Below are positions 44,655 to 54,859 of a DNA stretch of 64,000 nt, piece by piece. Every line of letters starts with the position of its first letter. Positions within the stretch are counted from its first letter, which is position 1. The stretch covers positions 1 to 64,000 of the forward strand of contig CDRNVI010000065.1 in assembly GCA_977017575.1 (NCBI GenBank), in the 5' to 3' direction. The notes beneath the pieces are model-generated. The model saw only the letters and a list, made by a program, of their open reading frames with translations. It was not told the DNA's origin and made no database searches. This stretch comes from Paramoeba atlantica. Taxonomy: Eukaryota > Protista > Discosea. The position numbers were made by a program, and so were the translations under genes.

Positions 44655-45317
44655 AACAGATGTAGCAGATTCCCACTGAAAAGAAGTCGTATCTCCTGCA
44701 CGAGAAATGTCTACCTATGCACTTGCTAGCTCGGAGTCAACTTCGTGCAGGGAAATACGATTTCTTTTCAGTGGGAATCTGCTACATCTGTTGCTTGGTA
44801 TCTCCCTCGCCCCTTTATGCCTGGATTATACAAAAACACTTTCGTCGTATCAATCAGAAAATTCGTGGACCTCATGGCGGCTACGGTTGACAAAACAATG
44901 CCAATCTTCTTCTAAAAAGTGGCTTCTGAAGGCTTCTGAAAAAATGGCCATCGGGCCATCCCCTGGAAAAGTGGCCAGCTGGCCACTCCCGGAAAAGTGG
45001 CTAGCTGACTCTTTTTTCACGTCTTCTGACCCTTTTGAAAAATAAAAGATGCGGTGCAGATTGCGTTGGTTTTCATGTATGGATCATTGTGCGTGAATCA
45101 TCAGTATGAATATGCCACATACATTAATGTAGATCTCTTAAAAATTTCAATGAAGAGAACCAAAGCCTGTGTAGTCGTGGTTGTGGCGTTGTTGAAACGA
45201 TTTTTGAAAGACGTTAAAATGAATTTATCCAGCACTGAGTATTGCTGTATTTCTATTCTGTTTGCTGAGTTGTTGGACGACAAACACTTGAGAATGGCTT
45301 TGAGGGATTTTAGCTGA

Positions 45318-45422
45318 GTTTCGCGAGGTTTCACCGAGGTTTCACGAGGTTTCACCGAGGTTTCAACAAGGTTTCACCGAAGTTTCACGAGGTTTCACTG
45401 AGGTTTCGCGAGGTTTCACCCG
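45318..45422 (+). repeat. GTTTCAC(C)GAG-based minisatellite (21-nt higher-order period)
   Basis: Directly visible, about 10 half-units. Confidence 0.9.
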
Positions 45423-45899
45423 CAGCTCCTCACATGTACTACGCTCATAAAAATGAACATTGCAAGGTACATCACAAGTATAAGGAGGAATCATCAAAAC
45501 ACCGTCTATCATAGATTTCATAGAAAAAGCTCTTCCTTGTCTTGCCGCACGAACGAACATGTCTTAATTTTATCCGACAGTATGAAAAACTGCGACCTAA
45601 TGACTCTTCTGAGGCCCTGCTAACCGTTTTTCCTTGTCCGAAAATCTTTAACATTAAAGAGAAAAAAGTTGTCGAGCAAAATGTGGGGAATAATACGCAC
45701 GGCAGTACATGAGAATCCCTTTTTCGGGCCTGCGGTGAACGCAGGTATAAGGACCTTATACTGTCTCACCCCATCATCTTTCGTGAAGAGTGTGCTTTTT
45801 CTGTCTGAATCACTCCATAAAACACTGGACACTGTTAACCCCAAAAGGAGATGTCCCGTAATTAACGGATCCCGCATTCATGTTCCGCACGGTACACGA

Positions 45900-47753
45900 C
45901 TACTCCACCCCCCTGTGTCCCCTCCCCACCCCACACTGCGCACAATACGCCCTCCACACATTCCCCATCAACACCCCCACCGTCACCGGACCCACCCCAC
46001 CCGGAACCGGACTCACCCACGACGCCACCTCCACCACCTCCTCCATCACCACCTCCCCTCCTCCTCCCTTGATCCTCCCCCCCGTCCCCCCCTCCCCCTC
46101 CCCCCTCCCCCTGCCTCCCCCCACATCCACCACCACCGCGCCCCTCTTCACCCACCCCCTCCCCACCCCTTGCGGTACCCCCGCCGCGCACACCAGCACG
46201 TCCCCGCGGGACGCCCACCCCATGGCGCCCGCACTCGTGGGGTCCACGAGGGAGACCGCGGGGAGGGCGGCGCGGAGCAGGAGGCGTGCGAGGGGGAGGC
46301 CGACGACGGGGGAGGTGCTGAGGACGACGACGTGGGGGGAGGGGGGGGAGGGGGGGAGGATGTGGTGGGCGGTGAGGAGGGTGAGGATCGCGAGGGGGGT
46401 GCAGGGGAGGAGGGGGGGGAGGGGGGGTGATGGGGAGGGAGATGAAGGTGAGGGAGATGGGGGAGATGGGGAAGATGGGGAAGAAAAGGAGGAAGATGGG
46501 GAAGATGAGGAGGAAGAAAAGGAGATTTCGTGTTGTTGTTGTTGTTGTTTTTGGGTTTCGGAGGGTAATGTGGGGTTTGGAGGGGATGGAAAGGAGGTTG
46601 CGGCTTGTTGTTTGTTTTGGGTTTCGGAGGGTAATGCGGGGTTTGGAGGGGATGGAAAGGAGGTTGCGGCTTGTTGTTTGTTTTGGGTTTCGGAGGGTAA
46701 TGTGGGGTTTGGAGGGGATGGAAAGGAGGTTGCGGCTTGTTGTTCGTTTTGGGTTTCGGAGGGTAAGGCGGGGTTTAGAGGGGATGAAAAGGAGGTTTCT
46801 TTTGGTTCGTTTTGGTTTCCAGTGGATAACGAGGGGACTGTAGGGGAAGAAAGGGAGGTTGCTGCTTGTTGTTCGTTTTGGGTTTCAGGGGATAATGCGG
46901 GGTTTAGAGGGGATGAAAAGGAGGTTTCTTTTGGTTCGTTTTGATTTCCAGTGGATAACGAGGTGTTCGGAGGGGATAAAAAGGAGGTTTTAGCTTGTTG
47001 TTCATTAGAGGATAACGAGGGGTTTGAGGAAGACACATACATGTCCTTTTTAGAGGAGAGGTTGGTGTTTTCAGAGGGACAAGAGGGCGGTAATTTATGA
47101 TTGGATGAAAGTGAATCAGAGTTGAACCTTTTTTCAGAGGTAGAGGCGTCAGAGATGAATCCTTTTTCGAAGGAACGCCGCTTATTTTTAGAAAAAGAGG
47201 AATCCAAGGAGAATTCCTGTTCAGTGGTACAATTAGAAGTGATCGAGGAAAAAGAAGAGGAGGAAGCAGCATCAAATAAACCGGAAGTATGTACAAAAGG
47301 ATAAGAAGAGGAAAAAGACAACGGTGTGGTGTCACACCATAGCTTTCCTGTGTTTACGTAGTGTACCCCGTCCACGTCTTTGGCAGGGGAGATGGCGGAG
47401 AAGGTGGTAGGGGAAATCAGGGAAGGGGGAAGGGGAGAAAGGAGAAGGATACCATGGGTGGAGGGATCATGGTTGAGTATGGAGAGCTGGGCATAGAGCT
47501 GGGCCGCGGAGGCATTCGCGGGGAGGGGGTACGACCGGACACGGATGCCGCAGTAAGCGGCGCACTTTTTTGTGGCCCTGAGGTAGCACTGGGCATCGGG
47601 TGGTTCCCCAACGTGGACCACGGCGAGGCCCGGGGGAGGGAGGGAGATCTTAGAGGCGAGGCATTGGGCTCGGTGCGTGGAGATAAGATTTTTGACGTTT
47701 TCACGTAGGGTAGATGCAATTGCAATCCCGCTGAGTAATTTTGCCCTACACAG
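45900..47753 (-). CDS. folD: Methylenetetrahydrofolate dehydrogenase/cyclohydrolase (FolD family) with a large repetitive insertion; start codon unclear
   Basis: AKLLSGIAIA, PGLAVVHVG, GILLLSPLP, KDVDG, PCTP, AVVVDVG, SPVPGGVGPVTV. The frame is open up to a TAA at 47802-47804 with no in-frame ATG before the insertion. Confidence 0.8.
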   Translation of the reverse strand: MCRAKLLSGIAIASTLRENVKNLISTHRAQCLASKISLPPPGLAVVHVGEPPDAQCYLRATKKCAAYCGIRVRSYPLPANASAAQLYAQLSILNHDPSTHGILLLSPLPPSLISPTTFSAISPAKDVDGVHYVNTGKLWCDTTPLSFSSSYPFVHTSGLFDAASSSSFSSITSNCTTEQEFSLDSSFSKNKRRSFEKGFISDASTSEKRFNSDSLSSNHKLPPSCPSENTNLSSKKDMYVSSSNPSLSSNEQQAKTSFLSPPNTSLSTGNQNEPKETSFSSPLNPALSPETQNEQQAATSLSSPTVPSLSTGNQNEPKETSFSSPLNPALPSETQNEQQAATSFPSPPNPTLPSETQNKQQAATSFPSPPNPALPSETQNKQQAATSFPSPPNPTLPSETQKQQQQQHEISFSSSSSSPSSSFSSPSSPSPPSPSPSSPSPSPPLPPLLPCTPLAILTLLTAHHILPPSPPSPHVVVLSTSPVVGLPLARLLLRAALPAVSLVDPTSAGAMGWASRGDVLVCAAGVPQGVGRGWVKRGAVVVDVGGGRGRGEGEGGTGGRIKGGGGEVVMEEVVEVASWVSPVPGGVGPVTVGVLMGNVWRAYCAQCGVGRGHRGVE

Positions 47754-48164
47754 CTTGTGAAAAAATAGGAGTGAAAGTGTTTTGCTAAAACTTATGAAAA
47801 CTTATGGAATTATTATAATGCGATACATACAATATGCTGTACAGAGACACGTAAACTACATAGAGATACGTGTTAGAACAAGCCATGACAAAAGTAAGGT
47901 TTAGATATAGTAAAGTTCAGATTTATTTGTGAAATACACTGCATACTGTACGCTAAAATCGCACTCAACGATCAATGGTCAAAGAAAAAAGATTCATTGG
48001 GCTGAGAAAACACAAGCAACGTATTTGGGGTGCCTATACTGTATAAGGCAAAGATTCGCGCTAAGTGCTTTGCCTTCCGTCCAAACATTAGAATACTGTA
48101 TCATAATTGGAATGTTCACATGACAACAACGAGGAAAATATGGTGAAATACTCATGAGCTTGCC

Positions 48165-49085
48165 TTATGAACCCAATGAAACAGCGTCCGTACTGGTAAG
48201 TTCAATGATTCCCGCTTGTGTGAGGCGTACGGCATCTTCATAAGTCATGACCCGTTGACTATCGGCCGCTTCGGCATTCATTCGAGGTTGCATAAATTTT
48301 ACTATCCTCCCTTTGATGCGGAAAGTGCCTGGTTTCATGTGGCATATCCGAGCCACAGGAGTGGGATCGTCGAAATCTACGAAACAGTACCCCTTACTTT
48401 GTGGAGTGTCCTCTGAATCATCGTTTTCATAGGCCATGCCTATGTTTTTCACGTTCCCATACGTGGAGAGCGCATCCTGTAGTTCGTCCAGCGTGAGCTG
48501 TGTACCCAAACACCCCAGATACAGCCGGTTGTGTAAGCTTTTATGATAGGCCGCAAGTGAGCTTCCGGCAAGCACCACCGCCTTTTCCGGATCTAAGAAC
48601 GGATATTCTTCCAGTCTCTCACAGCGTACGGGGTCTTCTTTTCGCGAAACATGACGTCTCTTCGGTGTTGGTGAGGAAGCGTCTCTTTGGGGTTTCATTC
48701 GATCTCCCTCCCAACGACCCCCACGTACGGGGCTCCCCCCCCCTCTCCGTGTGTCACGTGAAACGGGCTCTCGAGACCTCTCCCGGCGGGAAGCTGGATA
48801 GCGCGCCTCTGAATATCGCTCTCCGGTGCCTCGATCGCTATTGCCGTATCGCTCAGCGCTGCGTGGGTCGTGTCTCCGTCGTTCATCGTACTCCTTCGTG
48901 CCTGACTTTGCATCACGACGAGGACTTCGGTCATCGCGTCTTCTTTGCGAGTAGTCATAGTCGCGCCGTTCCCGGCTGCGGTGGGTTTCGCGACGGTCGA
49001 GTGAACCATTACGGGTCTCCCGGCGCCTCTCCCGACGAGAGTCATGTCTTGAATCGTTCCCATACGAGCGGTTTGAGCTGCCCAT
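48165..49085 (-). CDS. RS/RD-rich RNA-binding protein with C-terminal RRM (splicing-factor-like)
   Basis: Arg/Asp/Glu/Ser-rich N-terminus from MGSSNRS; RNP2 LYLGCL, RNP1 KGYCFVDF. The listed ORF extension to 49343 looks like UTR. Confidence 0.85.
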   Translation of the reverse strand: MGSSNRSYGNDSRHDSRRERRRETRNGSLDRRETHRSRERRDYDYSQRRRDDRSPRRDAKSGTKEYDERRRHDPRSAERYGNSDRGTGERYSEARYPASRRERSREPVSRDTRRGGGSPVRGGRWEGDRMKPQRDASSPTPKRRHVSRKEDPVRCERLEEYPFLDPEKAVVLAGSSLAAYHKSLHNRLYLGCLGTQLTLDELQDALSTYGNVKNIGMAYENDDSEDTPQSKGYCFVDFDDPTPVARICHMKPGTFRIKGRIVKFMQPRMNAEAADSQRVMTYEDAVRLTQAGIIELTSTDAVSLGS

Positions 49086-49361
49086 GCGTGAGGTGAGGTA
49101 TATAAAAGGATGGGATAGTGTATGTGATGCTTGAATTACGCTATATAAAAAGGTTTTACCCCGTTGAAATAGTATTATTAGAGGTTGGACGGGATTTCTA
49201 TTGTTGTGTAAAATACAGTGGTATACACAGGCGGTAGTAAAATTTATAAAATGCAGTGTAGGTAAAGGTGTAGGAGGTAAAGTTAGTCTTGAGTCCATAA
49301 AAAACGCATCAAAACTTAGCATGTCGTTTTGGTTGAGATACAAGGAATAAACTGTGTCTGT

Positions 49362-51203
49362 TCACATAGTGGCAAATTTTTCTTGAAGAATTTTTTGTAA
49401 CGGTGCAAATAAAGAGTTTTCCTCTTGCTTCGTAGAAAGATCTTTGCTAGAAACGTCCGACTTTCGGTCTTGATCAACAAATATAATGCCGTGATCGTCT
49501 TTAATTCTACGTTTTTCCTGTTTGGTGCACATTTTATCCGAGTTCATACCAGCGTGGACATGCTGGGTGAAACTAGATGAGGTGTCGGGAATGGAATCTC
49601 TTGTCGCTAAATTCAATCCATGAAATACGATTGGCGCCATGGGAAAATTTTGTGCAGTGCTGTGAAAAGGAGCCACGGAGGGAGATGAGCTTTGTGGAGG
49701 AAAAAGATTAGTAATCCTTTTGCGATAATCATTATCGTAAAGAGATGGCGTAACGTCACCGATACTTGTTTGTGTTCGATCTAATGTTCGAGTTAACCTG
49801 TGTGATTTGCTACTACTTCGTACGTCGCCCGAATTCCCACCTGATGGAAAGAAAGTATCAAGACCGGAATCAGGAGAACAAAAAGTTGGACGACCTACAT
49901 TTTCACAGCGTATGTTTGATGTTTCTTGAATGTTTCTTCCTGCACTTGATGTAGTCAGAAAAAGTTCTTTAATAGGATCCGAGACAGTAATATCCGAGAC
50001 ATTCTTTTTACCTTCTTGACCTGAATTTTTAAGACGGGTCTCAGAGAAATCTTCATTATTACCTATGAAGTCTGTTGCCTTAAAATTTTCTTGCAGGAGC
50101 TTCAGTACTGCACGTGCTTTACTACGCACAGAGGATTGTGGTACTGAGGTATTTTGAAGAATTTCTCTCGAGCTTTGTAAAAAGAAGGCATGCACTTCAT
50201 GCCAACTTTTTCTCAAGAGTATATCGATAATATGTAGAGCATTCAAGCGTTGTAGCCATGGTTTACGTACATCTAAAAAAAGAATAAGTTTTCCACATAT
50301 TGCTGCTGATAGCTTTGTATCGTCAATTTTAGCTATGACATGTGACGTATTGTCTGTTAAGCATGACAATATGCGTTTTACGTCATCTGATTTAGGAGCT
50401 CGGGTAGACTGAACAAGTTTTTCTATTTCAGATAGAACATCCAGTACTTCGTCATGCATCACACCTGAGCCAGATGCATTCTGCAATACACTTTCGCCAG
50501 AAATCGTGTCGTCGCAGGATGTTGAGATTCTGAGTTGTTGAAGCTCAGTATCTTCTATATTTTCATTAGAAGAAAAATGTGGAAAGGGCGGTGTTACGTA
50601 TAGTTCACGCTTTACTTTAAAAGTGGAAACTTGTGGTAGAAGCCTAGCTTCAGGTTTGCCCCCTTTTATAAGACCCAAACTCGGTTTAACGCCTTTGGTA
50701 ACTAATTCAGAAGTTTCATAAGAGCCGTTTTGATCGCTCGTCTTTGACGAAAAGTCATTTTCATTATGACTTCCTCTCCCCGAATAGTCTCCCTTAATAG
50801 CGTCTGAGAAATGGCTTCTGCCTTTATGGGAGCTGTTAGTGTCATACAGTACTTCGATGGTTGATCGAACAGCCTGACAAACCTCTTGTGTCCACTGATT
50901 TCCGTAATTTATGTTACCTCGAAAGGATGCACATTTTTTCAATGTTTCAATGTACCGCATTGCTTCCTTCCGAGTTTCAGGATGCCCTCTCTCGCACAGC
51001 TGCTGAATCACTTTCAGTGTTTTCATTATGACGAATGGGCTTGAACTTGCTGTGATCTCGGAAAGATTAGACATTAAGTATTGCATTACTTGTCGCATTA
51101 CAAAGAGATTGGAACAGGACATCGTGATGATTTCGCGATAGAGGTAACCTGGGGTCGCATCTGGAGTGTCTGCAGTAGCTTTTCGAAGAAGTGATGCATC
51201 CAT
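49362..51203 (-). CDS. ENTH/VHS-domain protein (tepsin-like)
   Basis: LLRKATAD...TPGYLYREI...KTLKVIQQLC at the N-terminus; second helical domain in the middle; likely ATG at 51203. Confidence 0.75.
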   Translation of the reverse strand: MDASLLRKATADTPDATPGYLYREIITMSCSNLFVMRQVMQYLMSNLSEITASSSPFVIMKTLKVIQQLCERGHPETRKEAMRYIETLKKCASFRGNINYGNQWTQEVCQAVRSTIEVLYDTNSSHKGRSHFSDAIKGDYSGRGSHNENDFSSKTSDQNGSYETSELVTKGVKPSLGLIKGGKPEARLLPQVSTFKVKRELYVTPPFPHFSSNENIEDTELQQLRISTSCDDTISGESVLQNASGSGVMHDEVLDVLSEIEKLVQSTRAPKSDDVKRILSCLTDNTSHVIAKIDDTKLSAAICGKLILFLDVRKPWLQRLNALHIIDILLRKSWHEVHAFFLQSSREILQNTSVPQSSVRSKARAVLKLLQENFKATDFIGNNEDFSETRLKNSGQEGKKNVSDITVSDPIKELFLTTSSAGRNIQETSNIRCENVGRPTFCSPDSGLDTFFPSGGNSGDVRSSSKSHRLTRTLDRTQTSIGDVTPSLYDNDYRKRITNLFPPQSSSPSVAPFHSTAQNFPMAPIVFHGLNLATRDSIPDTSSSFTQHVHAGMNSDKMCTKQEKRRIKDDHGIIFVDQDRKSDVSSKDLSTKQEENSLFAPLQKILQEKFATM

Positions 51204-51423
51204 CAAATATTCATTAATTTTAAAACTCTTTAAACAAGAGACACTTTTGTCTGAAACTTCTGTGAAACAAATAATTAGTGCGTAGCTGTACAACACCACA
51301 ACTTCGATATGATAACAATGAGCGTGGTAAGAAACGATTTAGAAACGAGCTTATACACCCCTGTCCAGCTTTATTTACCCCCCCCCCCCTACAGGTCTTG
51401 TAATTTCTTCTATCTTGCAACTA

Positions 51424-51774
51424 AACCCTGTTCCGGGTTATTGTGCCCCCCTGCACAATAACTGGCTCTAGGCACAATAACTACATGTAAATATTGGAAA
51501 ACCAAAAAAAAAGGTAAAAAAAAATTTGGCGCCGCTTCGCTGCGCCTTTTTTGTGGACAAACACGTTCATGTGCAGAATAAGTTCAATTTAAGGGATGCG
51601 TTGTTGAACAAACTACGTTATTTTTGAGAAAATGGAAACAAAAAACCACCAAAAAATTACGGCGCCGCCCGGCGGCGCCACATTTGGGAGGGGGGGGGGG
51701 CACAATAATAGTGGTTGTTTCCACTTATTGTGCCCCCCCTGCACAATAAGTGCACAATAACCCGGAACAGGGTT
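51424..51774. mobile_element. MITE family 3, 23-bp TIR, TA target duplication
   Basis: TA|AACCCTGTTCCGGGTTATTGTGC ... GCACAATAACCCGGAACAGGGTT|TA; internal TTATTGTGCCCCCCTGCACAATAA palindromic motif twice. Confidence 0.88.
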
Positions 51775-52169
51775 TATTTGGTATGTGACTGTTTTTCTAA
51801 CCAATCGTCTCGAATCCGATATTCTTTTCACTAGAGCGACCTTTTTTCTTCAGAGACATTAAAAGTTTTGTCGAAAACCCCGATTTCTTTTTGTCCACCC
51901 TAAAGAAATCCATTTTTTCAGTTTTTTCCTTAATGGTCAAGAGATATCGGGCTTCCTCTCTCCCAAATCAGCGTATTCCACCGGAAAGTCGAACCCTGAT
52001 CATAACATGGTACAAGGAACTAAATTATAAGGAATTATTTTAGTTAGTGTATTTTTGGAACTTAGTGGATTTTGGGGTTTATTTTCCATAAAATACCGGC
52101 AATTCTTACAATCGAGAGTGGAGCGATAGTCATGCAACCACCGCAATTTATCGCTTATAACGCATGCTA

Positions 52170-52919
52170 TTATTGGGGCTGACAGCGCAGGCCATGCGCT
52201 CTCAGATCTTTATTCCGCGGAAGACGTAAATCAAGTTTGTCGTTCAAAAGAGAAAGATCAACATCTCCTTCGAAACAGTTGTCCTCCAAATTCAAAAAAC
52301 GAAGGGAAGGAGGGAGGTGGGTCAGATCAAGAGACCCGTGAAAACTATTTGAATGAAGTAGGAGAATTTCCAGGCTTTGAGGAAGGCGATTAAAGGCAAC
52401 AGAACCAGAAAAGTCGTTAAAGCTCAAATTCAGCTCCGTTAGGAAGCATGGGAGATTCTGCAGATCAATAGGACCTATATGTTTGTTTACCTGAACGTAC
52501 ATTCGTTGCAAAGTAGAAGGAAGTTTAGCCAAAGGGACGTGCCCTTCTAGGGCGTTGAACGCCACATCAAAAAGCACGAGACCTTCCGATAAATATTCCC
52601 AAAGAATAGATCCACAATATTCTGGAGTGAAGTAAAAAGGATTTGTTTTTGGATCACGACCCCATCGTATAGAGTGTACAGCGTTTATTTCATTGTCGAA
52701 AATTACACCCTGCCATTTCTCGACTGTATTGTGAGTTGTCCAACTCTTGTGTGGATTTGAGATATTTGAAACTAGCCGAGACAATTCGTATTCTACAGGA
52801 ACAGTTGTACCGCGTACTTTACCGCTTCGAACCACATCTGAATCAGCCATGAGTAAAGAAAGCTGTTGAATCGTACAACTATTGGCAAAGATGACTTTGG
52901 CCAAGTATCGCAAACCCAT
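52170..52919 (-). CDS. Leucine-rich repeat protein
   Basis: W.GV capping motif, then repeats of the LP.SL..L.L..N.F.G type. Confidence 0.9.
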   Translation of the reverse strand: MGLRYLAKVIFANSCTIQQLSLLMADSDVVRSGKVRGTTVPVEYELSRLVSNISNPHKSWTTHNTVEKWQGVIFDNEINAVHSIRWGRDPKTNPFYFTPEYCGSILWEYLSEGLVLFDVAFNALEGHVPLAKLPSTLQRMYVQVNKHIGPIDLQNLPCFLTELNLSFNDFSGSVAFNRLPQSLEILLLHSNSFHGSLDLTHLPPSLRFLNLEDNCFEGDVDLSLLNDKLDLRLPRNKDLRAHGLRCQPQ

Positions 52920-53201
52920 GAAATAATAATAAGCTTAAATTTTACCCGTTGAAATATGCATGGGGGTCCAATTTCCGGGGGAGGGCTAAAATTTGTACCG
53001 TGAGAGCTAGTTGTTTTTGGACTTAATTTCTTTGGCATTCAACTGATTTCGAAATTCTAAGCTGCTTTGCGCTATAAAACTTTAATTTTTCGAAGAACAA
53101 GAGTTCTGGTGGATCTTAATTAAAGAAAGAAAAGGGTAAGAGACAAACAGTAAGACACTTTGCACCACCTTTCAATCCAATATAGAATTATGATTCAATA
53201 G

Positions 53202-53972
53202 TCAAGACTCTTGCTGCGTACCAAAGAAGACTCCATCAGGTGCCGAATTACATCTTAACTGATTTCCCTCCAAAGTAACGGAAATATCGGCATTTTGAAA
53301 CCATTTTCCAAAGACTATTCGTCCAGAAAAATTATTATGCGCCAGATATAAGTATCGGAGAGACTGTGGAAGATGTTCCAAAGAAAGTAAGCCGCTAAAG
53401 CAATTACGACTCAAATCTATCTTTCTAATAAGTTTTGGAAGGGAAGAAAAGATGAGTGAGCCAGATAATTTATTATTTTGAAGACGCAGCGTCTCTGTTG
53501 GGGGAGGTAGAAGAGAAAGATCAATTCCGCCGTAATGTAAGTTATAATGTGAAGAAAAGGAACTAATGAGAGGGGGTAAATCAGCTACGTCTAATATCCC
53601 TGTAAATTTGTTTCGACCGATGTGCAGCTGACGCAAACTGTCAGGAAGGTATACAAGTGTGATATTTCCTTCAAGACCCTTATCGGTACAATCCAAGGTA
53701 CGGACAATACCCGATGAATCACATAATATTCCCTCCCATGAACAAACAGAAGCAGCGCTTCGTTGCTTTGCGTTCGGTAGAACCCATCCTTTGGGTTGGG
53801 TTTTCCAGTTTTCAATAAATTTCCATAGCTTCGTATCTTGCGGAAATAATCTAGCATCGACTTTGGCTGCTCGATTCACGTATCCAACTTCGTCGGCGCA
53901 GAAGAAAAGTGAGAACCACACAAATAAGGCCTGATGCATGTAAGAATACTTCCAAGACACAGATTTTGACAT
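53202..53972 (-). CDS. Leucine-rich repeat protein, paralog of the neighbouring gene
   Basis: SVCSWEGILC cap, LPDSLRQLHIGRNKFTG repeats. Likely ATG at 53972; the upstream extension is an 18-nt repeat (54010-54060). Confidence 0.9.
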   Translation of the reverse strand: MSKSVSWKYSYMHQALFVWFSLFFCADEVGYVNRAAKVDARLFPQDTKLWKFIENWKTQPKGWVLPNAKQRSAASVCSWEGILCDSSGIVRTLDCTDKGLEGNITLVYLPDSLRQLHIGRNKFTGILDVADLPPLISSFSSHYNLHYGGIDLSLLPPPTETLRLQNNKLSGSLIFSSLPKLIRKIDLSRNCFSGLLSLEHLPQSLRYLYLAHNNFSGRIVFGKWFQNADISVTLEGNQLRCNSAPDGVFFGTQQES

Positions 53973-54277
53973 TGCACCACCAAAAAAGATTAATTCTTGT
54001 ATGCTGCAAAAAATAAACTTTACCAGAGTGTTAAACTTTACCAGCGTGTTAAACTTTACGAGAGCCATTTTCCTTATCTATCTGTCCCGCAATCACAACT
54101 CTTGCAATATGAGAGCAATTACACTGCTAGTAGCCACTTTTCTATGGTATCAAGTTTATTTTTTAATTTTATTTTCACGTTTTATTACACGAAGGCTATG
54201 TGGTAGGTGCTAGGGATACTACGGCATACTAGAAGAAACTAAAGTGTACAGTATTTCCTGCGCATAAAGAAAATATA

Positions 54278-54848
54278 CAGGGGGGATCAACTAATGCTGG
54301 GGGGAAGGGTCTAAAATTTGTAAAACTTGGTCAATTTTTGGAAAATAATAGCACATTCGAGAGCTCTCACACAGCCCTCCTGTGGAGGATATATCGTTTC
54401 CCGTGCTTTTATACACGACGCATTTTAAAGTGAAAATACGTTTTTTCGACTTGCATTTTTTGCTATTTTTTCGATTTCTTTTGAGATTTCTCCTGTTTTC
54501 ATCATTCATGCCTCAAAGACGAGTATCTTCACTTTCACTTCGGGAGAAATTGCCGGAGAGCCGTTTCTCACCCCAGGGTACATAAATATTGCTATAGAGA
54601 GGAACGGGCGTCACTGTGAGTACTAAGTTTGGTTTTACGTTTCGGGAAAAAAACGTCAGAATTTCTTAAAAAACTTGCAATCGACGTTTTTAACCCTCCC
54701 ACCATTTTATAAAACTGTTGATTTTATGCACAACGACATATCCTCCACAGGAGGGCTGTGTGTGAGCTCTGGAATGCGCTATTATTTTCCAAAATTGGCC
54801 AAGTTTTACAAATTTTAGACCCTTCCCAGCATTAGCTGATCCCCCCCG
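54278..54848. mobile_element. MITE family 1 member, 571 bp, ~125-bp arms, TA-flanked
   Basis: TA|CAGGGGGGATCAACTAATGCTGGG ... CCCAGCATTAGCTGATCCCCCCCG|TA. Confidence 0.9.
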
Positions 54849-54859
54849 TAGAATGAGCA

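Larger units (their letters stand above)
42786..44827. mobile_element. Foldback MITE whose left arm carries a nested transposon
   Basis: 42786-42826 joined to 44661-44700 is the reverse complement of 44750-44827. Confidence 0.85.

Noticed and set aside
45669-46944. Plus-strand ORFs of 253 and 354 aa opposite FolD (and similar ones opposite the carrier and RRM genes)
   Set aside because: Shadow ORFs from GC-rich low-complexity sequence; the minus strand carries the recognisable domains.
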